From an uncultured virus (IMG/VR IMGVR_UViG_3300027907_000553) (taxonomy: Duplodnaviria > Heunggongvirae > Uroviricota > Caudoviricetes), in the IMG/VR virus record IMGVR_UViG_3300027907_000553: 64,000 nucleotides of DNA; one strand, 5' to 3'. The translations under genes and the position numbers were made by a program. The notes below the pieces were generated by a model. That model did not search any database and was not told the origin of the DNA. It worked only from the letters and a program-made list of their open reading frames with translations. How positions within the stretch are numbered: position 1 is the first letter of the stretch; every line of letters begins with the position of its first letter. This document shows positions 7,901-17,683 of this stretch, piece after piece.

Positions 7901-8100
7901 GCACGATGCAGGCCGGTCCAACGGCCGGCGGCCAAGCTGCAGGCGTCACGGTCATTAACGTGCCCAACAGAGCTGTGGCCGAACAAGAGGCGGCGCGGGA
8001 ACGTGCCCTCGGAAGATCTGTCATTATCAACGAAGTTCTGAATGAAATAAGTCAAGGATCAGGTTCGCGCATTGCGCGGACGTTACAGGCCCTGCGCTAA
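4933..8100 (+). CDS. Tape measure protein
   Basis: 1055 aa, A/Q-rich helical; ASKGVVSMEELRQQLGEALP tape-measure motif; C-terminal HGGII..AGE..PEYV. Confidence 0.95.
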   Translation: MAELLVGDVVARLRLDASGFDQALTQAQQRLTQLAQTMGQVRQQQASSQQATQQHVQALQQLTQAVQQQAQAVQQQSQASSQAGQATRQQAQALQQLTQAVQQQAQAVRQQAQAFQQQAQAFTQAQQATQQLTQRQAQLASQVQQTTTAAQASGSALQTALSVAGGIGIATSLGAIVSQLKEFAVSAIDVATRMQSLRASLAALGGGIGAGQQQFAQLFQTAQALGVAFEPLARGWRQLTAAATQANLPLEDQRRLLTAVSNEARRVGASNDELGRIITALAQTASKGVVSMEELRQQLGEALPTALAALARGMGYTTEQVTKLVETGTLRFVPFALAFTRGLEDMQAASGKMADGAQQAFNRLGNALIAFKDALGANVLPELERLAKIATGILDTATALLALAGGRRDTRLAPNMAQEIAGTPDQEREVQRLRGVIARLEQQAATAVPGPLREQREGMVQRAKEELDTLLEVIQGTKNETAEQQKLTEEANRTKSAREQEAAFLQTITRQLEEVRKKEADLAESSRKAPNVFGSPTGTPEQQAEFAKRRQQLLEQETEKLTATLNLRPANVTLTPAIQEQLKNLGLLDQAYAKAAQTVDRLKEAEQARARAARELEAQRERVPAQVSALQAFEERLGAFVRRPTENLAEEAASRVRVAGAAMQKELDTQIRTFETSKPLQAADPAALARLRGQRDALTQATDVQAQEAYTTALAKQMSTLNDLARSYGFVTKEASDLARAEEEAARFAGTPLQAQAEERLQVVRDVATIEAQIVDLKRQAAASERAGLEAMKEARASTAFDVTLTEQLERLRAPREERPELRLREQARRQGVEVTPEREARLQAITAQVRFNEIMQATERIGDAAAQTLTQGLQSIIDGTQRVSDAFRLMAKSILDSVAQIALNEGFRTLIRLGITAIGAVFAPGVTGGVTGGATTGSIAAGVGGNWSGSGLQHGGIINKPTMILAGENPAMNPEYVLNRPQMQALMSGTMQAGPTAGGQAAGVTVINVPNRAVAEQEAARERALGRSVIINEVLNEISQGSGSRIARTLQALR
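5107..5249 (+). repeat. 38-bp direct repeat in the tape measure gene
   Basis: ctccagcaactcacgcaagccgtccagcaacaggccca at 5107-5144 and 5212-5249. Confidence 0.9.
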
Positions 8101-8108
8101 CGTCGAGG

Positions 8109-8702
8109 ATGAGGATGGCTGTCTATCCGATTGATCCCATACCGTCAAGCATATCGGTTGCCGCCGTGCAAGACCCGATGCACGAGTTTGAGTCAGACCA
8201 AGGCTATTCGATACGACGTCCTAAGCACAGTCGGTCCTTGCGCCAGTATCAGTTGGAATACCTAGGACTCACGACGCCGCAGATGCGCGTCCTGCGGGAC
8301 TTCCTCCTCCAGCAGCGTCTGGGTGTACTGTCCTTTGAGTGGCTGCACCGCACGGGCGGGGACCGCGTCAACTACTCGAACACGACGCCCGTGGTCTGTA
8401 CGCTCCAGCACAGCTACGTGACCAATCAGTGGCTCTGGTTGAACAGTGCGACGCATGCCGGGCTCAACGGGTTCTGGACGCTGACGCGCTTCGATTCCAC
8501 GAGCTTTGCGCTCAATGGCTCAGCAGCTCAGGGCGGGACGGGGAGTGCCATCGCGGTGCCCTATCTCCCCAATGCCACGGCGCGCTTTGCCCAGGATGTG
8601 ATGGAGCCCGCGGTCAAGCTCATTGGTCCCGAGGCGGCGGATGTCTTCACGCAAGGGCGCGGGCGTTTTAATCTCGTTGTGCTCATACAGGAACAATACT
8701 AA
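8109..8702 (+). CDS. Distal/minor tail protein (gpM-like) with FCCH-like insert
   Basis: Follows the tape measure gene; FESDQGYSIRR..SFEW. Confidence 0.65.
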   Translation: MRMAVYPIDPIPSSISVAAVQDPMHEFESDQGYSIRRPKHSRSLRQYQLEYLGLTTPQMRVLRDFLLQQRLGVLSFEWLHRTGGDRVNYSNTTPVVCTLQHSYVTNQWLWLNSATHAGLNGFWTLTRFDSTSFALNGSAAQGGTGSAIAVPYLPNATARFAQDVMEPAVKLIGPEAADVFTQGRGRFNLVVLIQEQY

Positions 8703-9209
8703 ATGCCCCGTATTCTCTCTGCGGCGCTGGTGCGGGAAAAGAACCAACTCCAATCAGACCACGTCATTACATGGCTCTTCGAGCTATTAATACCAGGGGC
8801 ACCGGTCCCGTATCGCTTGGTTAATTATGACCAGGATATTCAGTTTCATGGCATCTGGTACAACCGCTATAGCGTTGACGTTGACGCTCTGGAAGACGCC
8901 ACGAGTCAATCTTTAGTGCGGCTGCGGGCCACAGTGGGCAATGTGGATCAGGCCTTTATCTCGTTGTTGGAGCATTACTGGGGGCCGGATAGCCGCTGGG
9001 AGGTGACTATCTGGCCGATTGATACACAGCAGCCCGACGCGACGCCCTTTGGCACGGGCGAAGTCTTCCAGGTGGTGCAGGTGACGACGGATTTTCTCAG
9101 CGCCGTCGTGGATGTGCAAGCCGAGGGGATTACGCTCACGGCCACGATCCCGAAGCGACGGTTCACACAGTCCGGAGGTTTTCCTAATATTCCTAGAAGA
9201 CTTAGCTAG
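8703..9209 (+). CDS. Minor tail protein (gpL-like)
   Basis: Synteny; C-terminal GGFPNIP. Confidence 0.65.
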   Translation: MPRILSAALVREKNQLQSDHVITWLFELLIPGAPVPYRLVNYDQDIQFHGIWYNRYSVDVDALEDATSQSLVRLRATVGNVDQAFISLLEHYWGPDSRWEVTIWPIDTQQPDATPFGTGEVFQVVQVTTDFLSAVVDVQAEGITLTATIPKRRFTQSGGFPNIPRRLS

Positions 9210-9221
9210 AAAAGTTTTATT

Positions 9222-9605
9222 ATGAATAGCATTGTCGTTCCTGACATCTTCCCACTTGTGGATGCGATCCTCGGGCGCAGTTATGACGACTATAACTGTT
9301 GGAACCTCCTGCGGGATCTGTATGGCAAAGGCTGGGGCATTGATCTGGACGCCGATCCAGCAGCGGCGGCGGCGCAGGTCCAAGAGATTTGGTTTCAAGG
9401 GGATGCCCGTGATCCCCTCATGTTGGTACAAGTGTGGGATATTTTGATCTTCCGTCCCCATGGCATGGCGAGTAGTCATGTCGGTGTCGTGTGTGATGGC
9501 CGACAGTTTGTTCATACCAGAAAGAACCTTGGCACATGTATGGAGTTGACGAAGCGTTGGGCACCCCGCCTGATGCAAATTGCGCGGTTGCGGCGGCTCC
9601 TGTAG
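9222..9605 (+). CDS. NlpC/P60 tail assembly protein (gpK-like)
   Basis: YNCWNL..SHVGVV..QFVH. Confidence 0.8.
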   Translation: MNSIVVPDIFPLVDAILGRSYDDYNCWNLLRDLYGKGWGIDLDADPAAAAAQVQEIWFQGDARDPLMLVQVWDILIFRPHGMASSHVGVVCDGRQFVHTRKNLGTCMELTKRWAPRLMQIARLRRLL

Positions 9606-12600
9606 GCACCGTCACCTGCGTGCTGATCCTGTCGCCCCTGCGGGCGGCGGACGGCCAATTGCGCGTGCAGCGAGAGGTCTTCCCCGCGGGCGATCCGCTC
9701 GACGCCTATCTGCCCGAGGGGGAAACCTTCCACCACGTCACGGTCAACGGCGCGACGATCCTCCCGGAGCACTACGCCCGGTATGTGCCGCACGTCGGGG
9801 ATGAGATCTGGCTCTGGCCGGCGTGGGGCGGCCCGGAATTCTGGATTCCGGCCGTGGCCAGTCTGATTATCGGCCTCGCAGTTTCGGCGGCGTCCCATTT
9901 TCTCTTTCGCCCCAAGCCCCTCCTGCTCCCCCAGCAAAACCAGATGAGCGGGGAAGCCGAGCGTACTTTTAGCTTTGAGGGCATTCGTACCGCCGTGGGA
10001 CCGGGCGCCGTCGTCCCGGTCGTGTATGGTCGCCACCGGATTGGTGGGCAACTGCTCCTCGCCACCGTCGATCAGGCCTCCGTGGTCATCGACGATGGCA
10101 CGACGGCCCACACGGCTACCATTAGCAACGTGACGCACGGGGAGCCTTCCGATATTGTCTATGTGACCGCTCTCAATCACGGCTTTGTCACTGGCCAGAT
10201 TGTGTTGATCCAGGGGGTCCAAGGCAAAACCGAGGTGAATACCACCTGGGCGATTCACGTGGCCGATGCCGACACCTTTCTCCTCGATAGCTCGTGGGCC
10301 GTGGGCATCACGCATCCCTACCAGGGCGGTGGCACGGCCATGCTCTACAATCAAGGCTCGCGCAACTACCAGGCCATCACCAATCCGCCCACGTTGACCT
10401 TGATGATTGGGCTCTGTGAAGGTCCAATTGACGCCATCTTGACCGATACGATCCAGATTAATGGGCAACCCTTGGCGAACTTCCCCGGCGTGCAGGTCTA
10501 TACGGGCCTCGGCACGCCGAGCCAGCCGGCCTTTGCGGAGTTTGGGGGCGCACGCAACACGTTTGCGGATGGCCGCGACATCGGGGAGAGCCCCCTCACT
10601 TATACCTCCAACGCTGCCCTGCATGCGTTCGTGCTCAACCTGGCCTGGCCCGAGGGCCTCTACTTTCTCAACGACAAGGGCGAAAAGCACAGCAATAATG
10701 CCGTGCTCCAGTATCGCTATGCCCCGCGCGGCACGGCCAGTTGGTCCGCGTGGACGCCCTTTCAGGTGAATGCCGACCGCACGGCGGCGGTGCGTCTGGG
10801 GATCCGCCGCGAAGGGCTCACGTATCAGCCCTACGATATTCAAGTACAGTTCTTACGGGCAGGGAATACGGACGAACTCCGGGCGCGGTATAAGAGTGCG
10901 CTTGAGAGCGTGACCGAATACGTCCCTGACACCTATGCCTATCCCTATACGGCCTGGCTGGGCTTGCGGGCACTCGCCACCGATGCCTTGCGCGGGGCCT
11001 TGCCCAATATCACGGTTGAGGTGCGGGGGCGTCAGGTCCGTGTGGGCTCCCTCGCCGTCCCGGAAACGTGGTCGGACAATCCTGCCTGGTGCGTCCTGGA
11101 CGCCCTCACCAATCGGCGCTACGGGACGGGCGTGCCGGATAGCGAGGTAGACCTCACGGCCTTTGCCCTCTACGCTGCCTACTGTGACCAGCAAATGCAG
11201 GGTGAGCGGCGCCATACGCTCAACTACGTGCTCGACCGGGAAACCCGCGCGCAGCAATTTTTCTTGGAAACCATGGGCGGCTCGCGCGGCATTCTCCTCA
11301 AAACAGCGGGGTTGTGGACGCCGCGCCCGACGCGCGACGAAACACCGACGTGCCTCCTGTCCTGGACGTCCGTCAGTAATGTCCGCCTCACCTATATTCA
11401 GGACGTCGATGCCATTAACGTGGTGGAAGCGCGCTTTGCGAGTGAGGACCAGGACTTTGAGCAAGACGTCATTACCTGGCCCACCCTGGCCAACTGGCCG
11501 CCCGAGGTCCATAAGCACAGTTTTGATTTGCGCGGGGTGACCAAGCCGAGTCGGGTCATGCGCGCCCTTCAGTATGAACTCAATCGGCGGCGCTTTGAAA
11601 ATGTGCTCCTAGAGATGGACTGTTCGCTCGAAGCGCTCCCGTTGCAGATGCATGATCTCTTTCGCTTTGCCCATCCCTTGCCGGGCTGGGGCACGTCGGG
11701 GCGCATCCAGCAGGGCTCCGATGCCGCGATTCTCCAGGTCGATGAAGATTGCCTCTTTGAGCAGGACCTCACGTATGTGGTGTACGTGCGTCACGAAGAC
11801 GATACGCTCGAAGCCCGCGAGGTGCTCACCATTACCCTCGGCCCGACGCGTACGCTCTATCTGGCCGCCCAACTCAGTTTTTTCCCGGTCCCGCGCACCT
11901 CCACATTCATGTTTGGGACACTGGCAACCAATGCCAATACGCGCACGTTCCGCGTGACCAGTCTGCGGCGCAAAAATGATTTGACCGTGAGCCTCGAAGC
12001 ACTGATTCACAATCCAAGTATCTATGATGAGGCCGTGGCGTCGCCGCTGGGGGTCATTACCACCTTGTTTAACCCAGAAGGCCCGCCGCCGCCGCTCCTG
12101 AGCCTTGTGGCGACGGAAGTGACGCGGATTCAGACGAGCGGCGCCAGTCTGCGCGTCATTAATCTCTCGTGGGACGTGGCGCCCTTGAGTAGTGGCTATG
12201 CGCTCTATGGCGGGGCGATGATTTTGCGCCGCGTGCTCCTGGCCACGGGACAAATGGGGCAGGTGGAGGCTGGGACGATTGGTGCCGGAGCGATTAGTGA
12301 CCCCAATGACCCCAACTATAACTATACGCCGCTTACTCAGGTGCGGGGGCACGTGCTTGATTGGGATGACTATACGGCCATTAGTGGCTCCACGTATCAA
12401 TACCGCGTCGTCCCGATCTCGCACCTGGGGGTCCCCAATAATATCGGCGCGCGGGAAGTGGTCATTCATATTGCCGGCCCCACGACGCCAGGCTACTTTC
12501 CCGCCACGCCGCGGAACCTCCGCCTCCAGGGGCAAGCCGTGGGTGTCAGTCTCTGGGAAGGACGAGATCTGCATGTCGAGTGGGATGCTGTCGCGGATTC

Positions 12601-14833
12601 CCCCCTGTTTAGCGAGACGTTCTTTGTGGCCTTCTATGTAGTGCAAGTCTGGGCGCCGGGGCAACTCTACTTGCTGCGTGCCTATAATGCGGCACTGGCA
12701 CCCGCAGGCCAGAGCGTACAGTGGACGTATACCCATCAGCAAAACGAAGAAGACCAGATTCGCAGCGGCTACGCCGGGGCGCGGCGCGATCTCCAGGTGA
12801 TGGTGTGGGCGGTCACCAATACGGGGCTCTTGTCGCTTGATCCCGCCGTTATTGTGGTGACCAATCCGCCGCCCGACATGAGTAACATTTTGCCGGAAGC
12901 CCAGGCGCTCTTTGAGGCCGTGCGGATTGATTGGAAGCAATGGATCCGCCCTCGGGACTTTGATCATTTCCTGGTGTTGCTCGATGCCGGGAACCCGCCC
13001 ACCATTCCCAATCAGACGGTCGGCATTGATTTCCAGGTGCTGCTCATTCCTGATCTGCTCGCCGGCATTACCTATTATGTCCAGATTATTCCCTATGACT
13101 CGTTTGGCATTGGCATCCCGAGTGCCATTGCCTCCTTTACACCGGTGGCCCTCACGGCGGACAAACTGGACAATACGCCGCCAGCCGTGCCCACGGGCCT
13201 CCGCCTCACCACGGGGACGGATGCCAGTGCGGACGGGACCGTCATGACCTGGGTCATGGCCCATTGGGATCCCCAGGGTGAAGAGGATTTGAACGGCTTT
13301 CAACTGGTCTTTCGCGTGGCCTCGCCGAATGTCCCCACCGTGGTGCAGCCGGGACGGTTTGATAGTACCTACAAAATCTTTGTGCCGGGCAACGTGACGG
13401 TGTTTGCCAAGATTGCCGCGATTGATCGCCTGGCGAACCTCAGTGCGTTTACCGATCCCGAGGTGTCCATTACGACGGGCCGCGATGGGACGCCGCCGAG
13501 CGCCGCCGCGAACCTCTATGCCGTCGGCACCGTGCAAAAGATTGCGCTGCTCTGGACGCCGCCCGGTGATCTGGATTACGACTACTGTGAGGTCTGGACG
13601 TCGGGGCTCAACGATCGCAGCACGGCCGGGGTCATTGGCCAGGGCAGCTATAGCTTTGAACATACGGGTTTTGTCGCCAATCAGCGGGCCTATTATTGGA
13701 TTCGTCCGGTGGATACCTCAGGCAATGTGGGGCCGTTTCACCCGGCCTCGCCGACGGCGGGGGTGACGGCCGTCGCTGGGCAACTGGACGACACCTTCAT
13801 TAGCTCCCTCGTGGCGACGAAAATTCTCACCGGGAAGCTCACGGCGCTGGTCAGTATTGGCGTGGCGGATCGCGTCTATATTGATGGCACCAATAGTCTG
13901 ATGGTCATCCGGGATCAGTACCTGGGCAATAACCGCGTCCTCTTGGGCAAGCTCGGGCCGCTCTCCGATCAGTACGGCATTCAGATTTTTAATAGTATCG
14001 GCGGCCTCATGTTTGACGCGAATGAGAGCGGTGTCACGGCCGCTGGGATTAAAGCTGGCGTCATCAATGCGGGGCATCTACGTACCGATACGGCGGTCAT
14101 TACGGGCGTCGCCCAAATTCAAGACGCGCTGATCCGCAACGCCCATATTCTGGATCTGGCCGCCGATAAAATCATTGCGGGTACCATTAACGCACAGGTA
14201 TTCCTCGGGGGGCCAGTGGCCGGGTCGATTGCCCCGATTGTCCTGGACGGGGTGAATCGCCAGATTATTCTCCGCGATGATAACGGCACGATTCGCGTCT
14301 GGATTGGGCGGATTGCAGCGGGGCCGACCAATTATAGCATTCTCATTTACCGCGCGGATGGGTCCCTCATGTGGAGCCCGGAGACCGGGGCACAAACGCC
14401 CGGCATCGCCCCGTCGGCGGTGGTGACAGAGAAGATCTACGTCAACGCCGTCACCAACAGTGTGTCCTATACGGACATTGTGGGGCTCAGTGTGACGATC
14501 AGTGAAACGGCACTGGCGTCACTCGTCTTTGATCTCAACGACGGCGATCAAGTCTGGGTCACGCTCACCGCCACCGTGAGCGTCGCCACCGATGCGGACG
14601 CGTGTGAGCTGCGCATCCGGGAAAATACTGCGGCCTCGGGGTCGCCAGAACTCGCGTATGGCCAAACGACGGGGCCGGGGCGCAGCACGATGGTGTGCCA
14701 GGGCGTCTATACCGCCCCTGGGGGTTTTAGCGGGACCAAGGCCTTTGTGGGCACGTTTAAGAATGGGGGCACGGCCGCAAATTCCATCGGCGCCGATCAT
14801 ATCAAAATGGTCGGCTTTCGGAGGCAGCGCTAG
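9536..14833 (+). CDS. Tail tip/host-specificity protein (gpI+gpJ-like) with FN3-like repeats; start uncertain
   Basis: VPVVYGRHRIGG, LCEGPI, YPYTAWLGL, WSDNPAWCVLDALTNRRYG; FN3-like PPAVPTGL. Confidence 0.9.
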   Translation: MYGVDEALGTPPDANCAVAAAPVGTVTCVLILSPLRAADGQLRVQREVFPAGDPLDAYLPEGETFHHVTVNGATILPEHYARYVPHVGDEIWLWPAWGGPEFWIPAVASLIIGLAVSAASHFLFRPKPLLLPQQNQMSGEAERTFSFEGIRTAVGPGAVVPVVYGRHRIGGQLLLATVDQASVVIDDGTTAHTATISNVTHGEPSDIVYVTALNHGFVTGQIVLIQGVQGKTEVNTTWAIHVADADTFLLDSSWAVGITHPYQGGGTAMLYNQGSRNYQAITNPPTLTLMIGLCEGPIDAILTDTIQINGQPLANFPGVQVYTGLGTPSQPAFAEFGGARNTFADGRDIGESPLTYTSNAALHAFVLNLAWPEGLYFLNDKGEKHSNNAVLQYRYAPRGTASWSAWTPFQVNADRTAAVRLGIRREGLTYQPYDIQVQFLRAGNTDELRARYKSALESVTEYVPDTYAYPYTAWLGLRALATDALRGALPNITVEVRGRQVRVGSLAVPETWSDNPAWCVLDALTNRRYGTGVPDSEVDLTAFALYAAYCDQQMQGERRHTLNYVLDRETRAQQFFLETMGGSRGILLKTAGLWTPRPTRDETPTCLLSWTSVSNVRLTYIQDVDAINVVEARFASEDQDFEQDVITWPTLANWPPEVHKHSFDLRGVTKPSRVMRALQYELNRRRFENVLLEMDCSLEALPLQMHDLFRFAHPLPGWGTSGRIQQGSDAAILQVDEDCLFEQDLTYVVYVRHEDDTLEAREVLTITLGPTRTLYLAAQLSFFPVPRTSTFMFGTLATNANTRTFRVTSLRRKNDLTVSLEALIHNPSIYDEAVASPLGVITTLFNPEGPPPPLLSLVATEVTRIQTSGASLRVINLSWDVAPLSSGYALYGGAMILRRVLLATGQMGQVEAGTIGAGAISDPNDPNYNYTPLTQVRGHVLDWDDYTAISGSTYQYRVVPISHLGVPNNIGAREVVIHIAGPTTPGYFPATPRNLRLQGQAVGVSLWEGRDLHVEWDAVADSPLFSETFFVAFYVVQVWAPGQLYLLRAYNAALAPAGQSVQWTYTHQQNEEDQIRSGYAGARRDLQVMVWAVTNTGLLSLDPAVIVVTNPPPDMSNILPEAQALFEAVRIDWKQWIRPRDFDHFLVLLDAGNPPTIPNQTVGIDFQVLLIPDLLAGITYYVQIIPYDSFGIGIPSAIASFTPVALTADKLDNTPPAVPTGLRLTTGTDASADGTVMTWVMAHWDPQGEEDLNGFQLVFRVASPNVPTVVQPGRFDSTYKIFVPGNVTVFAKIAAIDRLANLSAFTDPEVSITTGRDGTPPSAAANLYAVGTVQKIALLWTPPGDLDYDYCEVWTSGLNDRSTAGVIGQGSYSFEHTGFVANQRAYYWIRPVDTSGNVGPFHPASPTAGVTAVAGQLDDTFISSLVATKILTGKLTALVSIGVADRVYIDGTNSLMVIRDQYLGNNRVLLGKLGPLSDQYGIQIFNSIGGLMFDANESGVTAAGIKAGVINAGHLRTDTAVITGVAQIQDALIRNAHILDLAADKIIAGTINAQVFLGGPVAGSIAPIVLDGVNRQIILRDDNGTIRVWIGRIAAGPTNYSILIYRADGSLMWSPETGAQTPGIAPSAVVTEKIYVNAVTNSVSYTDIVGLSVTISETALASLVFDLNDGDQVWVTLTATVSVATDADACELRIRENTAASGSPELAYGQTTGPGRSTMVCQGVYTAPGGFSGTKAFVGTFKNGGTAANSIGADHIKMVGFRRQR

Positions 14834-14836
14834 CGT

Positions 14837-15163
14837 ATGGCCTATCTGGTCAAATACCGCACGGATGATGGGACCATTGTCGGGCTCTGGGAAAGTAATG
14901 CGCGGGCCTTTCTGGAAGCCCAGCGCGGCGCGGACGAGCCCGGCTATGGGTATCTCATCCGCGACGAGGCGGCGCCTTCGCGCATGCAGGAGCAGTGGCG
15001 CGTACTGGGGGACCAGGTGGTCCAGGACGTCCGTCCGCGCACCCTGCAGCCGCAGGGACCCTCCCTAGCCGTTGCAGGCGTGACGCTAGCAACGCTGGCT
15101 GAACAGGTAGCAGCCCTCACGACGCGTGTGGATGCCCTCGAAGCCTTGAAAGTACAGGTCTAA
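14837..15163 (+). CDS. Hypothetical tail-associated protein
   Basis: Operon position; C-terminal coiled coil. Confidence 0.55.
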   Translation: MAYLVKYRTDDGTIVGLWESNARAFLEAQRGADEPGYGYLIRDEAAPSRMQEQWRVLGDQVVQDVRPRTLQPQGPSLAVAGVTLATLAEQVAALTTRVDALEALKVQV

Positions 15164-15164
15164 C

Positions 15165-16661
15165 ATGGCTCAGCTCGGCGCGGGAATCGGGACTGGCTAC
15201 CCTGGGGTCATTGATACGCGCCAGACGTTTATCAATGCGCCGCCGATGGCCCCCGATTCGGCATCGCGGTTGGATTCTGAAGTCATCAACGATGCCTTGT
15301 CGGCCATGGTGGCGGTCCAGACGGTCCTCGGCTCCAATCCACAAGGCACGTTTGGCTCGCTCGCCGCGCGGCTCCAGCAGTTTCTCCCTGGGGGTGGCGA
15401 GAGCCCGCTCTTTTTCACCTTCAATGCCACCACCAGCGTCACCATTGCCGGGACCACGCATCGCCTCGGCACGCCCGCGCCGCTCTTCCAGGCGTATAAT
15501 GCCGAAACGCCGCGCCAGGTCATTCAGCCCAATACCGTAGCCATTGATACGCTCACCTATGATGCCACCTTTACGTTTCTCACGCCGCAAACGGGGATCA
15601 TCAGTCTGGCGGCGCCGAGCCCCCAATATACGGTGTCGTTTACCAATCAGACGACCGTAAGTATTCCCGGCAGTACACACGCCCTGGGAACGGCGGACCT
15701 CCTGGTGCGCGTCTATACCGTCAGTGGCACGCAAAATATCCTGACGCAGGTGCCCGTCAGTATTGCCCCGGCGACGGCTGATGTCACGGTGACTTTTGTC
15801 ACGCCCGCGAGCGGTACGATCATTGTGAGCGCGGCCGGCCCGCGGTTTGTCGCGACCTTTGCCGGTGCCACGACGGTCAGTGTCCCCGGTGCCACGCATG
15901 GGCTCGGGACGGCGGCCCTCCTCTTTGCCGTGTATGACAATGCGAGCCCGCGCCAAAGCCTGCTGCCTAACAGCATTACGGTGGATCCGAACTCGCATGA
16001 CGTCGTCATGACGTTTGTCACCCCCACGAGTGGGCGCCTCATCATCGTCAAAGCCACCGCTATTACCGGGACCGACTTTGAAATCCGGGACGCGGGCGTG
16101 ACGAATGCCTCTGCCGTGCGCGTTTTGAGTGAGGACGGCGCCCTGCTCCTCCAGATGGGGAGCGGCGAGGCCGTGGAAACCCTGAACAAAACGGGCAGTG
16201 TGGTGCAGCGCGTTGATAACAGCGGCAACTTGATGATTACGGGCACCGCGACCAAACCGGGCGGCGGCAGTTGGCTCAGTCCCTCGGACGAACGGCTCAA
16301 AAAGGACATCGAGCCGTTTATGGAGGGGCTTGAGGTGCTCCTGGCGCTCGATCCGATCTGGTACCGCTATAACGGCCAGGGCGGCATCCCGATTACGCGC
16401 CAGCGGCACATCGGCCTGCGGGCGCAAGCCGTGCAGGCCGTGGCACCCTATATGGTGACGAGTCGCCGGGGCGTGCTCACGCCCAACAGCGAGGAGACGG
16501 ACCTCCTGGCCTTGGATACCGAGGCCTTGCCGTATCTGCTCCTCAATGCGCTCAAAACGGTGTATCAGCTCCTGGAGACGGTGCGCCAGGAAAAGGATGC
16601 GCTCGCAGAACGCGTGACGGCTTTGGAAGTCGCCCTAGCCGCGAAAGGAGGCAACGCATGA
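15165..16661 (+). CDS. Tail fibre with C-terminal peptidase S74 chaperone domain
   Basis: SDERLKKDI..HIGLRAQAVQAVAP; three internal F..TTVSxPGxTHxLGT repeats. Confidence 0.85.
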   Translation: MAQLGAGIGTGYPGVIDTRQTFINAPPMAPDSASRLDSEVINDALSAMVAVQTVLGSNPQGTFGSLAARLQQFLPGGGESPLFFTFNATTSVTIAGTTHRLGTPAPLFQAYNAETPRQVIQPNTVAIDTLTYDATFTFLTPQTGIISLAAPSPQYTVSFTNQTTVSIPGSTHALGTADLLVRVYTVSGTQNILTQVPVSIAPATADVTVTFVTPASGTIIVSAAGPRFVATFAGATTVSVPGATHGLGTAALLFAVYDNASPRQSLLPNSITVDPNSHDVVMTFVTPTSGRLIIVKATAITGTDFEIRDAGVTNASAVRVLSEDGALLLQMGSGEAVETLNKTGSVVQRVDNSGNLMITGTATKPGGGSWLSPSDERLKKDIEPFMEGLEVLLALDPIWYRYNGQGGIPITRQRHIGLRAQAVQAVAPYMVTSRRGVLTPNSEETDLLALDTEALPYLLLNALKTVYQLLETVRQEKDALAERVTALEVALAAKGGNA

Positions 16662-17131
16662 AGGTGCTCGGAGGCGTGCTGGTGCTACTCGGACTCTGGA
16701 GCGTGCCCGTCTGGGCACAAGGTCAGTTTTTTAACTCCAACCTGACCGTGGCGGGCACGATCAACGCCGGGACGGCGACCGGGAGCGGCAACGCCTATGT
16801 GCTGACGCTGAACCCACCCATTGCCGCCTATGTGGTCAATCAATGCTTTATGTTCCAGGCCAATCATACCGTGACAGGCGCGGCGTCCCTCAATATCAAT
16901 GCCCGGGGCGTGAAGGCGCTGCGAAAGTTTGTGTCGACGGTGTCGACGGACCTGGCCGCCAATGACATTGCGAATGGGCAGATTGTCACGGTCTGCTATG
17001 ACGGGACCAATATGCAACTGACGGGCGGCGGGCCGGGTGGCGGTGGTGGCGGTCCAGGGCCAGGCGGGGTCCCGGCCTTTGTGACTGCTACGACGGCCCT
17101 CAGTGCCCATGCTCATGCGGGAGGGCTCTAG
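16658..17131 (+). CDS. Signal-peptide-bearing fibre-like protein
   Basis: MKVLGGVLVLLGLWSVPVWA; ANHTVTGAASLNIN..YDGTN. Confidence 0.65.
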   Translation: MKVLGGVLVLLGLWSVPVWAQGQFFNSNLTVAGTINAGTATGSGNAYVLTLNPPIAAYVVNQCFMFQANHTVTGAASLNINARGVKALRKFVSTVSTDLAANDIANGQIVTVCYDGTNMQLTGGGPGGGGGGPGPGGVPAFVTATTALSAHAHAGGL

Positions 17132-17133
17132 GG

Positions 17134-17631
17134 ATGCGCGGACGACGAGTGATGGGCTTCCTGGCCCTGCTAGGGGCCTTCCTGGTGGGGTCGAGTTGGG
17201 CGGCGGTGACGCCCAATAGTCCGGTGTTCATGCAAACGCCGACGGTGGGCAAGGTGCAGTTTGTGCAGGGCACCGACTCGGCAGGCACCTATAAAACGCT
17301 CTACACGGCGGGGACCAACGGCGCGCGCTGTAATGCCATGTGGCTCACGACGGATGACGGGACGGCCACCCATCTGGTCACGGTCCAGGTGGTGAGCGGG
17401 GGCATCCGCTGGGGCGGGGTGGCGGCACTCACGCTCGTGAGCCAGGGCTTTGCGAGTGGCACGCCAGCGCTGAATCTCCTGGCGCCGACCCTCTGGCCGG
17501 GCTTGCCGCTCGATAGTGATGGCAATCCGTATATTCAACTGGCCACGGGCGACACGCTCCAGGCGACCTATACGACCGCGCTGACGGCGGCGACCCGGAT
17601 CAACGTTATAGTGTCCTGCGGTGAGTTCTGA
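17134..17631 (+). CDS. Signal-peptide-bearing hypothetical protein
   Basis: MRGRRVMGFLALLGAFLVGSSWA. Confidence 0.65.
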   Translation: MRGRRVMGFLALLGAFLVGSSWAAVTPNSPVFMQTPTVGKVQFVQGTDSAGTYKTLYTAGTNGARCNAMWLTTDDGTATHLVTVQVVSGGIRWGGVAALTLVSQGFASGTPALNLLAPTLWPGLPLDSDGNPYIQLATGDTLQATYTTALTAATRINVIVSCGEF

Positions 17632-17683
17632 GGTTGAAATGTACTATGAATACTGCTTTGAAAGCCTCACGGGAGGAAGGCTG

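Noticed and set aside
11609..13663. 684-aa minus-strand ORF and similar long antisense ORFs
   Set aside because: Shadows expected from high-GC codon bias opposite well-supported genes
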